From sequence record SRR20825019_1458: a stretch of 27,654 nucleotides of DNA, one strand, 5' to 3'. Below are positions 26,383 through 27,654 of this stretch, in pieces. Each line of letters opens with the position of its first letter. Within the stretch, counting starts at the first letter, position 1. The notes below the pieces were generated by a model. The model saw nothing but the letters and a program-made list of their open reading frames with translations, did not search any database and was not told the DNA's origin. Made by a program: the position numbers and the translations under genes.

Positions 26383-27654
26383 CTAGAAGTGAATAGCCCT
26401 ACCATAAGCATCAAGAACGCTTTCGTGCATCATTTCCGACAGGGTTGGATGGGGGAAGACAGTATGCATCAGCTCAGCTTCAGTGGTCTCGAGCATGCGT
26501 GCCACAACGTAACCCTGGATCATCTCAGTAACCTCAGCGCCAACCATATGTGCGCCAAGAAGTTCACCCGTTTTTTTGTCAAACACCGTTTTTACCAGCC
26601 CCTCAGGCTCGCCAAGAGCGACGGCCTTGCCGTTCCCGATAAACGGGAAGCTGCCGACACGGACGTCATAGCCCTCTTCTTTCGCTTTGGCTTCCGTGAA
26701 GCCGACTGAGGCCACCTGTGGCCGGCAGTATGTGCAGCCCGGGATGTTTCCCTTATCCATTGGATGAAGGCCTTTAACACCTGCAATCTTCTCAACAGCA
26801 ATAACACCCTCATGGCTTGCCTTGTGCGCTAGCCAAGGCGCCCCAGCCACATCACCAATAGCCCAAAAACCTTCAACGCCGGTGTGGCCCCATTTGTCGG
26901 TGACTATGTGCCCCCGGTCGGTTTTTATGCCTACATCCTCAAGACCCAGGTTCTCAACGTTCCCGGTGATACCAATGGCTACAATCACGCGGTCAACGGT
27001 GATTTCCTCTTTCTTGCCTTTGGCTTCAACAACACAAGTGACGTTATTTTTGCCCTTTTTGAGCTCAGTCACCGATGCGCCCGTTTTGATCGTCATGCCC
27101 TGCTTTTTGAACGATTTTTCTGCGAATTTGGAGATGTCTGCATCTTCCACGGGAAGAACACGGTCCATCATCTCAACAACGGTCACATCTGAGCCTAATT
27201 CGTTAAAAAAGCTCGCAAATTCAATTCCAATAGCGCCGGAACCGATAACAAGCAGCTTTTTCGGCATAACGTTGGGGGTCAGAGCATGTTTGTAGGTCCA
27301 AACCAGCTCGCCGTCTGCCTTGAGATGCGGCAGTTCCCGCGCACGAGCCCCCGTCGCCAGAATGATTTCTTTGGCTGAAAGATCGCTGGTCTTTCCGTTC
27401 TTGTCAGTGACCGTCAGCTTGCCTTTCCCAGAAACCTTGGCTTCACCATCAATGTGCCTAACCTTGTTTTTCTTCAGAAGCGACTTGATCCCGCCGTTCA
27501 TTTGCGACGCCACGCCGCGGCTACGTTTAACAATGGCTTCAAGGTCAAACTCGACCTGACCGATTTTGAGGCCAAAATCCGCCCCATGTTTAGCCAGATG
27601 AAGCACCTCAGCGGAGCGCAAGAGCGCCTTGGTCGGAATACAGCCCCAGTTCAG
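26383..27654 (-). CDS. lpdA: Dihydrolipoyl dehydrogenase; partial, 5' end off the right edge
   Basis: Frame is open to the window edge (LNWGCIPTKALLRSAE); GSGAIG, AIGD, LAHKASHEG and HPTLSE motifs. Confidence 0.97.
   Translation of the reverse strand: MNWGCIPTKALLRSAEVLHLAKHGADFGLKIGQVEFDLEAIVKRSRGVASQMNGGIKSLLKKNKVRHIDGEAKVSGKGKLTVTDKNGKTSDLSAKEIILATGARARELPHLKADGELVWTYKHALTPNVMPKKLLVIGSGAIGIEFASFFNELGSDVTVVEMMDRVLPVEDADISKFAEKSFKKQGMTIKTGASVTELKKGKNNVTCVVEAKGKKEEITVDRVIVAIGITGNVENLGLEDVGIKTDRGHIVTDKWGHTGVEGFWAIGDVAGAPWLAHKASHEGVIAVEKIAGVKGLHPMDKGNIPGCTYCRPQVASVGFTEAKAKEEGYDVRVGSFPFIGNGKAVALGEPEGLVKTVFDKKTGELLGAHMVGAEVTEMIQGYVVARMLETTEAELMHTVFPHPTLSEMMHESVLDAYGRAIHF

Noticed and set aside
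26383-27621. ORF-track start of lpdA at 27621
   Set aside because: The frame continues to the window edge through the redox motif; the real start is off-window, so this is not a truncated gene.

Overview
Alphaproteobacterial chromosomal window (possibly Kordiimonadales-like; this is inference only). About 7.7-27.6 kb is a conserved core block: mazG, hflX-hfq, trkH-trkA, ntrX-ntrY-ntrC-ntrB-dusB, divergent ispDF-pgpA-(yeiH)-cinA, then ratA/coq10-(DUF3667)-lipA-lpdA (partial). The left 7.7 kb is accessory and holds the best candidate for an undescribed system. This is a 694-aa one-component regulator with about 9 TM helices, a nidogen-like extracytoplasmic domain, HAMP, a signalling helix and an HTCS-type AraC domain, but no kinase or receiver. 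Downstream of it are a 21-bp-phased direct repeat and a permuted papain-like (YiiX/YaeF-type) gene that the ORF track missed. Divergent from it is a secreted beta-helix protein whose promoter carries phased YGCCACA boxes and an IHF-like site. Also present: a membrane zinc-ribbon small protein behind a triple TACTAAA operator, a GDPD-PAP2-nucleotidyltransferase trio, a triple 18-bp repeat before ntrY, an NtrC-like site before dusB, and a structured lipA leader with a possible 19-aa uORF. No rRNA, tRNA, CRISPR array or mobile element was seen. All calls come from reading motifs by eye, with no database searches.
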